Positions 46,041 through 56,422 of a DNA stretch of 64,000 bases are shown here, in pieces. Under the pieces are notes generated by a model, which worked only from the letters and a program-made list of their open reading frames with translations, had not been told where the DNA came from and made no database searches. The stretch comes from a virus, in IMG/VR virus record IMGVR_UViG_3300044641_010298, positions 1 through 64,000 of that record, one strand, 5' to 3'. The position numbers were made by a program, and so were the translations under genes. Within the stretch, counting starts at the first letter, position 1. Each line of letters starts with the position of its first letter.

Positions 46041-47174
46041 TTAAGAAACTTCAAGAATCTTTGAAACAGACGTTGCAATCAGTCCTGACCCTAGCACAAA
46101 TCCTACCAATGTAACAATGAAAGATTTGACAAAGAAAATAACAACACTGATTGTTGACGCAATCTCAAGTACAGCATTAGGATTAATATCAATAGTTGCA
46201 CTAATTCTCTCCCAGATGAGGCCAAGAAGAGCTTGAAGCATGTCTTTTACTGCTTGAACTATATCCGTAAAAATTTTCTTAATGGCGTCAACTAGCTGCA
46301 AAATAGATTCAGTTGCTTCGCTTATTGCTCCAGTTATTACTCCGGTTACAGTCTCGATAATTTCTGATGGTATTTTTAAGAATACTGTCATAAGCTTTAT
46401 GAACTTTGTAGCAATTCCATCTTGTCCATCTCTTTCAACTGTTGCAAAAAGAGGAGTAATGCTCAGAGAAGGATCCAGGAAAGAAATGTCAAGAACAGGA
46501 AGGCTAAAGTCTGGAACTAGAGATAGAGCAGCATTTTTTATATTTTCTGCAATTTCAACAATTTTCTGTGTGATTGTGTCTTTTGCTTCTTCTATTTTTG
46601 AAATTACTTCTTCGACTGCCTCTCCGGCGCGGTCTAGTGCCTCTTCAATTGCAGACTTTATTATCTCAAAAAATTCTTCAGCTTTTTCCAGGGCTGCATC
46701 TATTCCTTCAGAAAGAGAATCAACTATCTCTTTTAATTTTGAGGCAATCTCTTCTCCCTTTGACAAAAAGACACCAATTTGAGAGACTATAATATCTGTT
46801 ATTGGCGAGCTTAGAATTGAGTTTATTGGCTCAAATATTGCAGAAAGCTCTGTTAATATTATTGCAATAGGTCTAGTTGGGTCAAAAAGAAATGGAAAAG
46901 CAGCACCCGTGTCTGGCACGGTGTCCAGGCCTTTTGCAATACTAGAAAGCAATCCCTCTACGTAATATGCGTTCCAAGCAGGATATTCGCTGATTACATC
47001 TTCTGTGGTTCCTGTCTCAAATTTTCCTAAACTAATTGAGCCCGGAGGAAGGCTAGTACTCCCAAGAGTAATTCCATCTCTTAAGATTCCTACAATAGAA
47101 TCTCTATATTTTGATATCACACCGCTACTTACAGAGTCACCATCTAAAATTCCAACCGTCGACAACGTTCCCAT
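46041..47174 (-). CDS. Amphipathic helical protein with hydrophobic C-terminus (tape-measure-like / membrane-inserting)
   Basis: Long Ile/Ala/Glu amphipathic helices; C-terminal ISVVIFFVKSFIVTLVGFVLGSGLIA. Confidence 0.6.
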   Translation of the reverse strand: MGTLSTVGILDGDSVSSGVISKYRDSIVGILRDGITLGSTSLPPGSISLGKFETGTTEDVISEYPAWNAYYVEGLLSSIAKGLDTVPDTGAAFPFLFDPTRPIAIILTELSAIFEPINSILSSPITDIIVSQIGVFLSKGEEIASKLKEIVDSLSEGIDAALEKAEEFFEIIKSAIEEALDRAGEAVEEVISKIEEAKDTITQKIVEIAENIKNAALSLVPDFSLPVLDISFLDPSLSITPLFATVERDGQDGIATKFIKLMTVFLKIPSEIIETVTGVITGAISEATESILQLVDAIKKIFTDIVQAVKDMLQALLGLIWERISATIDINPNAVLEIASTISVVIFFVKSFIVTLVGFVLGSGLIATSVSKILEVS

Positions 47175-48277
47175 TAGGTAACCTTGACCAAAACCTTGGT
47201 GGAAAAAATTCCAGTTGCAGGAAGAGCGGGGGCGCCAAGTATTCCTCCTGCTGTTGAGACAAGAGATGGTGCTGCAACTTTTCCTGCAGTGACAACTGAA
47301 TCAACAGAAGCAAGAATTGCTCCTGTTGCATCTTCGCCGCCCAGCTTTATGATTCCCAGAGAGGAAGGCGTGATAATAATGTCTCCATTGCTCTTTAATA
47401 TTATGCTAGATGGATCAGAACTAGGTCCGACAAGTATTTTCATGTCCTTTCTTGCCTGTATTCTTACTGAGTCCGTTACGAGTGAGATAGTTGGAGATTC
47501 TCCTGCATCATCGCCTGGCAGAGAGTAATAAGAATCAGCATTAAAACCACTTGATACAACAATTCGAGATGAATCATCACTCTTTAAAGTTCCAAGACCA
47601 GAAGTCTGCAAGGGCTTGACAGATTCAACATACTTGTCTGCGTTTGTTATCTTTTGGCTTTCAGGAAGCTTTATTGTGTCTGATAGTCCTGCAACTATGT
47701 CTACTGTTCCAGTTCCTGGACTTCCATTGTTTGTCAAAACTATTGCAGTCCCATTTGATCCCTGCAAAGTTAGATCAACTGATTTGCTCTTTACAGAGAT
47801 AATTGGTTCGCCAATAAATTCTGATCTTGCATTTGAATTCTTTCTAACATCTGCTAAATTTACTGTAGATGAATTTGGATCATAAAAAGTGCTAGAAGTT
47901 GTCTGCGCAGCATTTTGTGACTTTAGTGAAAGGCTATTGTAGAGATCTGCACGCAAATCGTGAGTAAAATTTAAATCATCTGCAGATTCATTTTGAACTT
48001 TTCTTGATAGCCAGTATGGAACAAGATCTGCCTGCTGACTAAAAACCCAGACTCTCTCTCCTGACTTAATCGGTAGTCTTATATGAGAGAAAAATGGATA
48101 ATGGATGATTTTTTGAAGGCTAGATTTGTCATCAACAATGGCTGCTATAATTGTTCCATTTGGACAATTTTTAAAGAACTTTTTGTTAGTGACACCTGTG
48201 AGAATCTTAGTGATTTGTTCAGAAGTTAGAGAGCTATAATCTGTAATGTAGTCTATGACAACAGCCTCTCTAAACAT
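47174..48277 (-). CDS. Baseplate central spike/hub protein (gp5/gpV-like, no lysozyme domain)
   Basis: LPIKSGERVWV OB-fold motif, beta-helix-like segments (IILKSNGDIIITP, IIKLG), C-terminal FSTKVLVK; upstream of gp25. Confidence 0.6.
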   Translation of the reverse strand: MFREAVVIDYITDYSSLTSEQITKILTGVTNKKFFKNCPNGTIIAAIVDDKSSLQKIIHYPFFSHIRLPIKSGERVWVFSQQADLVPYWLSRKVQNESADDLNFTHDLRADLYNSLSLKSQNAAQTTSSTFYDPNSSTVNLADVRKNSNARSEFIGEPIISVKSKSVDLTLQGSNGTAIVLTNNGSPGTGTVDIVAGLSDTIKLPESQKITNADKYVESVKPLQTSGLGTLKSDDSSRIVVSSGFNADSYYSLPGDDAGESPTISLVTDSVRIQARKDMKILVGPSSDPSSIILKSNGDIIITPSSLGIIKLGGEDATGAILASVDSVVTAGKVAAPSLVSTAGGILGAPALPATGIFSTKVLVKVT

Positions 48278-48660
48278 TACTCACCCTCGTTGATTTGGCT
48301 GAAGATTGAGTCAGAGTCTACTGGCCTGCTCTCCTCGCTAGTGATTATCTCAGCAAGCTTTATGAGCTGATCATTTGCCCTAGACATTCTCTCAATGTAC
48401 TTGACAACAACGGGACCAAGTATGCTGTGATTTGCAGCGTTCCCCTTGAGCTGAATGAAAGTGTCAGTAAAAAGAATTGCTGCGCTCTCTCTATCAGCCA
48501 GCGCATTGTTGTAGATTTCTGACCACAGGAGTTTTTTCTTATCATCGACTCCTTCGAGAGAACTTAAAAGATCATCAAATTGAGCAACTTTCTTCTGTCG
48601 ATTATTCAGAATGTCAATCTGATCATTTATCTTTTCCATCTCTGATTTTTTACCGGCCAT
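48277..48660 (-). CDS. Hypothetical helical protein
   Basis: 127-aa ORF with GGAG SD. Confidence 0.75.
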   Translation of the reverse strand: MAGKKSEMEKINDQIDILNNRQKKVAQFDDLLSSLEGVDDKKKLLWSEIYNNALADRESAAILFTDTFIQLKGNAANHSILGPVVVKYIERMSRANDQLIKLAEIITSEESRPVDSDSIFSQINEGE

Positions 48661-48668
48661 CTGATCTC

Positions 48669-49394
48669 CTAGTCTACAATGTCAAATTCACATTCAACCA
48701 TCGCTTCTCTATAGTGCCGTTTAATTGATGACATTGCAGTTGATATCTGCTTTGTGGTTAGGTTTGTCATCTCTCTAATATACACAAAAATTGCACGCTT
48801 ATTGAAAAAATCAATATCATCAATGTTCTGGAATATCTTAACAATGGCGTCCATGCACATCTTTTCATGATCTTGAGTTATTCTATCAGATACCTCAAGA
48901 AACATCATCTCAAGCTGCTCGGACTGAATTGCTTTCTTTCCAGCAGATCCGTATATTTCAAATGTTGGCTCAACAATATCAATTATTTCAATCTCTGGAA
49001 CTATTGTCTTATCATCGATATTGATATGCTTCTTTGTGTGCTTTATCTTCTGTCTCATCTTCACAATGATCCAGTTTTTTGCAACAACGTTGAAGTATGA
49101 GAATGCTTTTGATCCTCTCGATGCGTCAAATTTCTTCAACTTTTCATACAGAAAACTTACGCAATCATTCTTGAATTCATCGACCGATACATGTACATTT
49201 GCGCCATGAATGAATATTAGATTCTCAACAAGCTTTCCAAAGGCAGGCAGGATTTCTTCTGTGTAGATTCTATCCCTCTCTGCCTGGTCCTCTTCACTCT
49301 GGAACTTAACGATTGCATCATGAGTTCCTGAATGGAAATAAAGCTTTAGGTCGTTCTTCTTTGGTCCGGCGCTACTACTTTTCTTTGCTCTCAC
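48669..49394 (-). CDS. gp55: Phage late sigma factor, T4 gp55-like
   Basis: LYEKLKKFDASRGSKAFSYFNVVAKN resembles sigma region 2 (FDPxxxxxxFxYFTxIxxN of the gp55 family); C-terminal helix-turn-helix-like segment. Confidence 0.65.
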   Translation of the reverse strand: MRAKKSSSAGPKKNDLKLYFHSGTHDAIVKFQSEEDQAERDRIYTEEILPAFGKLVENLIFIHGANVHVSVDEFKNDCVSFLYEKLKKFDASRGSKAFSYFNVVAKNWIIVKMRQKIKHTKKHINIDDKTIVPEIEIIDIVEPTFEIYGSAGKKAIQSEQLEMMFLEVSDRITQDHEKMCMDAIVKIFQNIDDIDFFNKRAIFVYIREMTNLTTKQISTAMSSIKRHYREAMVECEFDIVD

Positions 49395-49677
49395 CTGGAC
49401 CTCCCATATCCGTTATTGAGTTAGCTATTTTGAGAATCAGATCTTGACACCCTTTTATTTCAGAAATTACCTGTCTTACTTCAACTGAATCAAAAAATAC
49501 AGGTTTCTCAAGTATCTTAGAAAAGATTGCAAATTTTTCATCAAGTGCATCGAGGCATTCTTCCACAGCGTCTTGCATTTTGAGGATAATTAATCCAAAT
49601 CTTACGTTGTAGTAGATGGAAACGCAAAGAAGACAAAAATTAATTGCGGCAAATAGGTAGATGACCACATCAAGCAT
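49375..49677 (-). CDS. Small N-terminally anchored membrane protein
   Basis: Hydrophobic N-terminal helix followed by coiled coil. Confidence 0.7.
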   Translation of the reverse strand: MLDVVIYLFAAINFCLLCVSIYYNVRFGLIILKMQDAVEECLDALDEKFAIFSKILEKPVFFDSVEVRQVISEIKGCQDLILKIANSITDMGGPGESKEK

Positions 49678-50833
49678 TACTTAATATCTCTATAAATGTC
49701 CGCTCGTACATCTTGAGAATTGAATCTCTTGAGAACTTTGATCTGCACAAGGCAGAAAGCTCTCTTGCCCATTGAGTCGGAGTCTCACTTGAATCTCTAA
49801 ATTTTCTTATCTTCTTTTTGAAGATATCTTCAGAGGGATTTGCCCACTTAGATCCTGCTACGAATATTCTTCCATCAATTCTTGACTCTGGAACGTCTAT
49901 CATGTCGTGTTCAATCTTTATCCACTTTCCAGTATTCAAGAACTCTGTGTGGGCAGACCAGCCTGTTGCAATTACAGGAAGCCCAGAAGCTGCTGCCTCG
50001 AGAAGGGGTAGCCCAAAACCCTCGCCCCGTGTTAGGCTGACAAGTGCCTTAATCTTTGGATTTCGATATAGCCTAGAAATTTCCTCATTTGTCATATTTC
50101 CATGAATAAAATAGACAGGAACCTTACTAATTGATCGAATCTGAGATACCACAGATCGAATTGCCTGGGATGTCATTCCCTTGTCGATAGTTGTGCCTCT
50201 TCCGCTATTTGTCTTGAGAACAATTCCTACGCTCTTGTCATCCTTAAATGATTCACATATCCACTTAATTGTATTCACTATGTTCTTTCTATCTACAGAC
50301 GAATCAACAGAGGTCAGCTGGCTTACTATCAAGAAATTGAATTCTGTTCTTAGCGGTATATCGAGATAGGAATCTACCTTTTCAATCTCCTCAATGAACC
50401 ACTCGGGAATTACGTAGACAGGAACATTAATTTTTCCGGACTTCTCGAGGACGCTTCTTGTGAAGCTTGATGGGACAATAATTGCAGACATCTTATTGCA
50501 AGCTTCAACCCATGCAGGGTTACAAACATCCGTCTCAACAGCAGCTGTTATTCCTACGTTTATCTTTGCAAGTGTGGGAGTCCACTCATCGGGTAGCTGA
50601 ACCTGGAAAGATACATCAAATCCCGTCTGCTGGTCTGTTGATCTCTTCATTACATCGCCAACAAGCCCGCCTTCTGCCTCTTGATCAATAAACCAGGAGG
50701 TATTTCCCCACTGTACTATCTGTGTAGATACCTCGGAGGATGGTATCTTTTTTACTGCCTCAAAAACTTGTCTGCTGTGCTGCCCGTATCCTGAAATGCT
50801 CAAAAGCGGAGCACGAACTACGATGCGCATCAA
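49670..50833 (-). CDS. Glycosyltransferase family 4 (GT-B)
   Basis: SGYG N-terminus, RKN, EGFGLPLLEA (Ex7E), GWSAHTEF. Confidence 0.9.
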   Translation of the reverse strand: MMRIVVRAPLLSISGYGQHSRQVFEAVKKIPSSEVSTQIVQWGNTSWFIDQEAEGGLVGDVMKRSTDQQTGFDVSFQVQLPDEWTPTLAKINVGITAAVETDVCNPAWVEACNKMSAIIVPSSFTRSVLEKSGKINVPVYVIPEWFIEEIEKVDSYLDIPLRTEFNFLIVSQLTSVDSSVDRKNIVNTIKWICESFKDDKSVGIVLKTNSGRGTTIDKGMTSQAIRSVVSQIRSISKVPVYFIHGNMTNEEISRLYRNPKIKALVSLTRGEGFGLPLLEAAASGLPVIATGWSAHTEFLNTGKWIKIEHDMIDVPESRIDGRIFVAGSKWANPSEDIFKKKIRKFRDSSETPTQWARELSALCRSKFSRDSILKMYERTFIEILSNA

Positions 50834-52071
50834 AACTCCTGAACGCTATAGGTCTTTCTATTTTTCTTCCAGTTCTCGACGAGATTTGACGCAGTATTGT
50901 GCCAGTCATCTACAGTCTTCTGGAAGCTAAACTCTGATCTTGCATAATTGAAGACTTTTCTTGATAGATTCTGTCGTTCAACATCAGAAAGCTCATACAT
51001 TTTCATGATTCCAAGTGCAACATTTTCATTTTTAACGTAGTCTTCGTAAATGTAGGGAACGCTCTGCGAACCAACCAGAGTCTTCAGATCGATGTCAAGA
51101 CCGACGCCATTGTGAGATCCGTCTCTATGATCAATAGCTTGTCTAGTCATGCCACCTGTCTTTGCAGCAATTATGGGAGTTCCTGCATTCATGGATTCTA
51201 GAGTTGCAAGACCGAATCCCTCAGCAAAGCTTATGTTAATGCAAACGTCTGAGATGTTGTAGAGAATATTCATCTTGCTGAACTCTAGTCTCTCTTTTGA
51301 GAAGACTATATTATCCTGCACTCCTAGCTGCTCAGATACTGCGTAGAGATTTGGTCCCTCTTGGTCAAGCGGGTCTGTATGCATAATGAGAGTAGCTTTT
51401 CTGTGACCGTGCTTCTTTTGTAGATCATCAAGGAAAATCTTCCATGACTCAATGACGTCGCTTGGTCGCTTCCTTCTTGCGTTTCTATTCACCCATATCG
51501 CCACAAAATGATCTGCGCGATTGCTACCAAGAAGCTGATGTCTGTACATTCTCTTCTCATGCTGCGAGATAGGATAGAATAGGTCAGGCGGCAGCGCATG
51601 AGGAATGAAGTTTGTCTTATCCGGGAATCGATCTTTTATCATGTCATATGTTGCATAAGAATGACAATTTATTAGATCTGTCGCTTCATATAGCGAAGAA
51701 TTGAAGGAAGGATAGGGAAGATTATCCCAGACATGCCACCATGCAATAGGGCATACCTGGTGAACTTCATCCTCCATTTCAAAGAGCCAAATAAAGAATC
51801 TTGGATCTGTGAATATGAGAAGCAAATCGGGCTTCTCAGTGGCGAGTGTAACCCTGATTAGGTCTCTATTTCCAAATCCGTCGATTGGCTTGATGATGAA
51901 GTCTTCATTAACAACGACTGTCCTGTAATCTGTGTGCTTGACAGCAGCACCAAATTGCCTAAATGTCCAGCCGCCCTTATCAAGCATGCCGTTCACGAGA
52001 TGTCTTGTCTGGGTTCCTACACCCGAAGTGGATAGAGCGTGATCCGATAGAATTAGAACTTTCTTTTTCAT
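50830..52071 (-). CDS. Glycosyltransferase family 4 (GT-B)
   Basis: NRNARRK, EGFGLATLES, GTPII. Confidence 0.9.
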   Translation of the reverse strand: MKKKVLILSDHALSTSGVGTQTRHLVNGMLDKGGWTFRQFGAAVKHTDYRTVVVNEDFIIKPIDGFGNRDLIRVTLATEKPDLLLIFTDPRFFIWLFEMEDEVHQVCPIAWWHVWDNLPYPSFNSSLYEATDLINCHSYATYDMIKDRFPDKTNFIPHALPPDLFYPISQHEKRMYRHQLLGSNRADHFVAIWVNRNARRKRPSDVIESWKIFLDDLQKKHGHRKATLIMHTDPLDQEGPNLYAVSEQLGVQDNIVFSKERLEFSKMNILYNISDVCINISFAEGFGLATLESMNAGTPIIAAKTGGMTRQAIDHRDGSHNGVGLDIDLKTLVGSQSVPYIYEDYVKNENVALGIMKMYELSDVERQNLSRKVFNYARSEFSFQKTVDDWHNTASNLVENWKKNRKTYSVQEF

Positions 52072-52093
52072 GATTCTCTAAGAACAATAGGCA

Positions 52094-52906
52094 TTATCTA
52101 GCACTCGTAAATGCTGGAAATTCAGCAGATCCTGGACAATGATCGGTTCCTTTGAACTCGCAATATGTGCATGACATTCTATTCTTTAGATACTTCCCAG
52201 AAGAAACTCCATTAATCATTGACTTTACTAGCTTATTTGAATCATCAAGCATCTTAGGCCCAACAGATATTTCAACTAGTTCGCAAGACTTTCCCTTCTT
52301 TGATCCACGCTTTAGGAGAACAAATCCGCACTTTATCTCTTTGGGATCAACTTCAAACTTTTGGCTTGTATAGAACTTGTAGAGGGCAAGCTGTGCCTGA
52401 ACAAGAAAATCTCTTTTCTTGTCTGACGACCATCCTCGAGCGCTGGTAGTCTTCCAGTCTATAATCCAGAGCTTATCCTGCCCCCTTTTGTTCTTTGCCT
52501 TTATCATTCCATCGACAAATCCCTTAAATTTAACATTAGAATCTTGAACAGATTCATATAGTGCATGCTCTGATGCAATAAATTCCCAATCTGGGAATGT
52601 CTCTGACATAAAATCAGGAATATCTTCGATGATCTGCTTGGCTTCCTTTACCCAGGTATCAGGATTATTGAAACTTTTTTCTTTCCATCCATTCCGTATG
52701 CTTGATTCCAGCCGATCTAGATTAAACTCTCGGGATTTGAGATAGTCTTCACACTCAGCGTGGACGTGTGTTCCAAAATCGATATTAGGGCTTGGAACAA
52801 ACTTATCAATCTTGTCAATATAGACTAGCTTGTGACGCCAGGAGCATTCCTTCCAAGCCTTTACCTCAGAATAAGAAACATGCGGTTTTCCAGTTGGAAA
52901 AATCAT
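52094..52906 (-). CDS. Cas4/AddB-like PD-(D/E)xK exonuclease with 4-Cys Fe-S motif
   Basis: SYSE..C, GTHVH, GFVDG, IIDWKT, QLALY, C-terminal CTYC...C. Confidence 0.85.
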   Translation of the reverse strand: MIFPTGKPHVSYSEVKAWKECSWRHKLVYIDKIDKFVPSPNIDFGTHVHAECEDYLKSREFNLDRLESSIRNGWKEKSFNNPDTWVKEAKQIIEDIPDFMSETFPDWEFIASEHALYESVQDSNVKFKGFVDGMIKAKNKRGQDKLWIIDWKTTSARGWSSDKKRDFLVQAQLALYKFYTSQKFEVDPKEIKCGFVLLKRGSKKGKSCELVEISVGPKMLDDSNKLVKSMINGVSSGKYLKNRMSCTYCEFKGTDHCPGSAEFPAFTSAR

Positions 52907-52920
52907 TTAGTCCTCATGTT

Positions 52921-52949
52921 ATCTTACTTCGCTTAGGAGTCGTATTCAA
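52921..52949 (-). promoter_or_regulatory. Sigma70-type promoter upstream of the Cas4-like nuclease
   Basis: TTGAAT(52949-52944)-17 nt-TAAGAT(52926-52921), GAGG SD downstream; same -35 as the promoter at 20340. Confidence 0.6.
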
Positions 52950-53887
52950 CTCTTTTTGCTGACTGCTCGACCAATCTGGTGTTCCCAGTCTCTATCTTTT
53001 TCTCCGCGGACCTCTAGATTCTTTTCCCACGCAGATACCAAAACCTTTGGATCAATTCCGTTCTTTCTAGCAACTGATATTAGTGCGTTGATGTCCTTTG
53101 GGAAACAATGTCCGCCAAATCCTCTTACATGGTTTCCCTCGTGAGTTGGAACCGGGCCAGGAACAGACCAGTGGGTACTTCCTAGTCTAGTATCGAATTT
53201 TGCGTACTCTACAACCTTGTCATAGTCAACATTGAGACCGCTAGCATCAAGAGATTCACAAATCTGTGAAATCTCGTTAGCAAAAGAGACTTTCACTGCA
53301 AGAAAGCAGTTCGTAACGTACTTAACCATTTCAGCTGTGGTCGAGTCTGTCTTAACAATTGGTACACTGGGAAATGCTCTCTGGAAAACATTCTTTACAG
53401 TGTTTATCTGCGGTCGTGGTCCTCCCAGAATAATTCTATTTTGGCTTCTCATATCATTCAGAGCATTTGCTTCTGTTAAAAATTCGGGATTAAAAACTAC
53501 GTAGAGTCCATTTGAATTATATTTTTCATTCCACGACTCTGTTGATCCCGGAGGAACTGTAGATTTAATAACTGCAATTCTCTCACCCGGGATAGCAGCA
53601 AGCTCTTCCAGAACGCTCTCAACAATCGAAAGATCAGCTGATCCATCTTCTTGCATCGGAGTTGGAACACAGACAAAATATACCCCTGAAAATTGTGTCC
53701 CTTTTTCTGGTCCCACTCTTTCTGCGTAGTCTATCATTCCCTTTAGAGACCAAAGATCAGACATCTCAAATACACCAGGGACTACTTTTCCAGCTTTATC
53801 AAAAGCATAGACAGTAAATCCTCGTTCAGAAAATACAGTCGCAAGTGAACCGCCAACAAATCCTTGTCCAATAACAGCTATGCTCAT
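52946..53887 (-). CDS. ugd: UDP-glucose/GDP-mannose 6-dehydrogenase family (short form lacking the C-terminal domain)
   Basis: [40 protein letters not shown]. Confidence 0.88.
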   Translation of the reverse strand: MSIAVIGQGFVGGSLATVFSERGFTVYAFDKAGKVVPGVFEMSDLWSLKGMIDYAERVGPEKGTQFSGVYFVCVPTPMQEDGSADLSIVESVLEELAAIPGERIAVIKSTVPPGSTESWNEKYNSNGLYVVFNPEFLTEANALNDMRSQNRIILGGPRPQINTVKNVFQRAFPSVPIVKTDSTTAEMVKYVTNCFLAVKVSFANEISQICESLDASGLNVDYDKVVEYAKFDTRLGSTHWSVPGPVPTHEGNHVRGFGGHCFPKDINALISVARKNGIDPKVLVSAWEKNLEVRGEKDRDWEHQIGRAVSKKS

Positions 53888-54858
53888 TTTATTTTCTCTC
53901 TCTCTGCAGCAAGATCAGATTCATACATTAGCTTTGCGAGACTCTTGAACGTAGTCTTTGGTGTCCATCCGAGCTTTTCCTTGGCCTTGGTGCAATCTCC
54001 CTCCAGCCAGGGCACCTCGTGTGGTCTCCTGAGCCGATCATCTATGATGAGATGCTTGTCAACATCAAGGCCGGCAATCTGGAAGACCTCATCAAGGAAC
54101 TCTCTAACTGTATGAGTCTCTCCGGTGGAAATCACGTAGTCATCGGGCCTGTCTTGCTGCAGCATGAGCCACATTGCCTCAACATAGTCCTTTGCGTATC
54201 CCCAGTCTCGGAGCGCATCGAGATTTCCAAGAGAGATATTGTCCTGGAGACCGAGCTTGATCCTTGCCGCTGCAAGGGTGATCTTGCGGGTCACAAATGT
54301 CTCGCCACGACGAGGGCTCTCATGGTTGAAGAGAATACCGGAAGAAGCGTGGATGCCGTATCCCTCGCGGTAGTTACGTGTTAGACCATGAGCAAAGACC
54401 TTCGCGCATGCGTATGGCGAGGCCGGCATCAGACGTGTCAGTTCATTCTGGGGGTGTTCCGGGTTGTCACCGTACATCTCAGAAGAAGACGCTTGATAGA
54501 ATCGACAATTTGGTTGCATTGTGCGAATGCACTCTAGAAGTCGAAGCGGTCCCATGGCAACTGCGTCCACTGTCTCTTCCGGAACGTCAAATGACACCCT
54601 GACGTGTGACTGTGCAGCGAGATTGTAGACCTCATCGAACTTCTGGTTCGAGAAGAGCCGGTAGAATGCTCCGACATCGTTCATTGAGCCGTAAACGAGC
54701 TGGAAGTTTGGATTTGCGAGGAGATGGTCAATTCTGTCAGTCGCCAATAGTGAGGTTCTCCTCTTCACTCCGACGACCTTGTATCCCTTCTCCAGAAGGA
54801 GCTCTGCCAGGTATGAACCGTCCTGTCCTGTGACTCCAGTGACCAGTGCTGTCTTCAT
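53884..54858 (-). CDS. gmd: GDP-mannose 4,6-dehydratase
   Basis: [71 protein letters not shown]. Confidence 0.97.
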   Translation of the reverse strand: MKTALVTGVTGQDGSYLAELLLEKGYKVVGVKRRTSLLATDRIDHLLANPNFQLVYGSMNDVGAFYRLFSNQKFDEVYNLAAQSHVRVSFDVPEETVDAVAMGPLRLLECIRTMQPNCRFYQASSSEMYGDNPEHPQNELTRLMPASPYACAKVFAHGLTRNYREGYGIHASSGILFNHESPRRGETFVTRKITLAAARIKLGLQDNISLGNLDALRDWGYAKDYVEAMWLMLQQDRPDDYVISTGETHTVREFLDEVFQIAGLDVDKHLIIDDRLRRPHEVPWLEGDCTKAKEKLGWTPKTTFKSLAKLMYESDLAAEREKIK

Positions 54859-54860
54859 GT

Positions 54861-55787
54861 TCAAACTATAACACCACGAACGTTCGGGTATCTTACTTGA
54901 AAGTACTTAATAGTCTCTCTTAGACCCTCGCGAAGAGGTGTATATTCACCCTTCCAGCCAAGAGACCTAAGCCTCTCGTTGGACGAAGGCTTTTCGTACT
55001 GTCCGTCAGGCTTACTCTTATCAAAGTTACAACCTCCCTCGTATCCAATCTCCTCAGCAATCATACGAGCAAGACTTTCAATCGAGACCTGCTCTGGATT
55101 TCCAATGTTGACAGGCTCTGCTTTGTCATAGTTCTCTGCAAGCCAGAGAATAATTCTTGCTGCATCACGTGCAAAAGTGAACTCACGTAACGGCTTGCCA
55201 CTTCCCCAGACATCTACATGGTCGTGTCCGTAGACCTTTGCCTCGTGAAATTTTCTGATGAGAGACGGTATGACATGACCGCTGTTTAGATCGTAGTTGT
55301 CGTTAAGACCGTAGAGATTGTTAGGAATGACTGAGATAAAGTTACATCCGAACTGTTGACGGTATGCCCTGCTCTGTACCTCTAGCATCCTCTTTGCGTA
55401 TGCGTAACCAAAGTTTGAAGGGTGTGGTGGACCGAGATGAAGCTGGTCCTCTGTGAGCGGGTATTTCACGTATGCAGCATCTGGATAGATGCAAGTTGAG
55501 AGGATAGAGACAAGCTTTAGTCCGTCATGCTTGCAGGCTTCAAGAATGTTCATGCTCATACGAACGTTATCATCAAAGAAATCTGCGACATAGTCAGTGT
55601 TTGCTTTCACACCTCCTACTCTTGCAGCGCAATGAATAACTGTGTCAAACTTACCATTTGGACAAAGTCTGAGTTTAAAATTGCCCGTGAGATCACAATT
55701 TTTCGAATTAAAACCAATTGATCCTGGTGAAAGAGATAGAACCTCACTTCCAAGTAGACCAGTTGAACCTGTAATCAGTCTCATCAT
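54861..55787 (-). CDS. fcl: GDP-L-fucose synthase
   Basis: [44 protein letters not shown]. Confidence 0.93.
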   Translation of the reverse strand: MMRLITGSTGLLGSEVLSLSPGSIGFNSKNCDLTGNFKLRLCPNGKFDTVIHCAARVGGVKANTDYVADFFDDNVRMSMNILEACKHDGLKLVSILSTCIYPDAAYVKYPLTEDQLHLGPPHPSNFGYAYAKRMLEVQSRAYRQQFGCNFISVIPNNLYGLNDNYDLNSGHVIPSLIRKFHEAKVYGHDHVDVWGSGKPLREFTFARDAARIILWLAENYDKAEPVNIGNPEQVSIESLARMIAEEIGYEGGCNFDKSKPDGQYEKPSSNERLRSLGWKGEYTPLREGLRETIKYFQVRYPNVRGVIV

Positions 55788-56422
55788 GATTCTCTATTGA
55801 CTTCCCAGACAGTCAAAGATTCTCTCCACCAGTAGGAAAAGTTGGAATATTTTACAGAGGCCTGGCCTAATGCATTGCTAGCAGGAACATTTAGAGTAAA
55901 TCCTTTCCCTACCATAAGATCAACAAAAGAATCAAAAGGCAAGGGATTTAAATGCTGGTGGTGTGGATCGCTTTCTGGATTTTCAGATCCACCATATCGA
56001 CTCCACGTCATTATTAGATACTTACCCGTTAGAGATCTTAGATTTTTTAGTAGAGTCTCTGTGTATTCGGGTTCGATATGTTCGCCAACTTCAGTGCATA
56101 TCACAATATCGAACTTCTTTTCTTCTAAGCCTTCCGGCAAAGGATCTCTTATATCAATAAAGTGAATATTATCAACAATTGATTTGCTAGCGTACTTTTT
56201 ATGATACTCAAAATATTCTATTCCTTCAACACTAACATTTTTGAATCCTGATTTAATGAAATCAATAAGATGACCATCTGCACAACCTACATCAATAGCA
56301 CTTGAGACACTACTAAAATTAAATACTTCTTTTAAGACTTGAAAAAATGATTCATATGGTGCAGGAGAGCGACCTGTCTCCTCGCCCTCTGGATATCTTT
56401 TCTCAATGTTAATTTTTTCCAT
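55784..56422 (-). CDS. Class I SAM-dependent methyltransferase
   Basis: IDVGCADG, FDIVICTEVGEHI; ATG at 56422 overlaps the upstream TAA. Confidence 0.85.
   Translation of the reverse strand: MEKINIEKRYPEGEETGRSPAPYESFFQVLKEVFNFSSVSSAIDVGCADGHLIDFIKSGFKNVSVEGIEYFEYHKKYASKSIVDNIHFIDIRDPLPEGLEEKKFDIVICTEVGEHIEPEYTETLLKNLRSLTGKYLIMTWSRYGGSENPESDPHHQHLNPLPFDSFVDLMVGKGFTLNVPASNALGQASVKYSNFSYWWRESLTVWEVNRES

Noticed and set aside
52094-52906. CRISPR-Cas system
   Set aside because: No repeat-spacer array or other cas genes; intergenic gaps are too short to hold an array.
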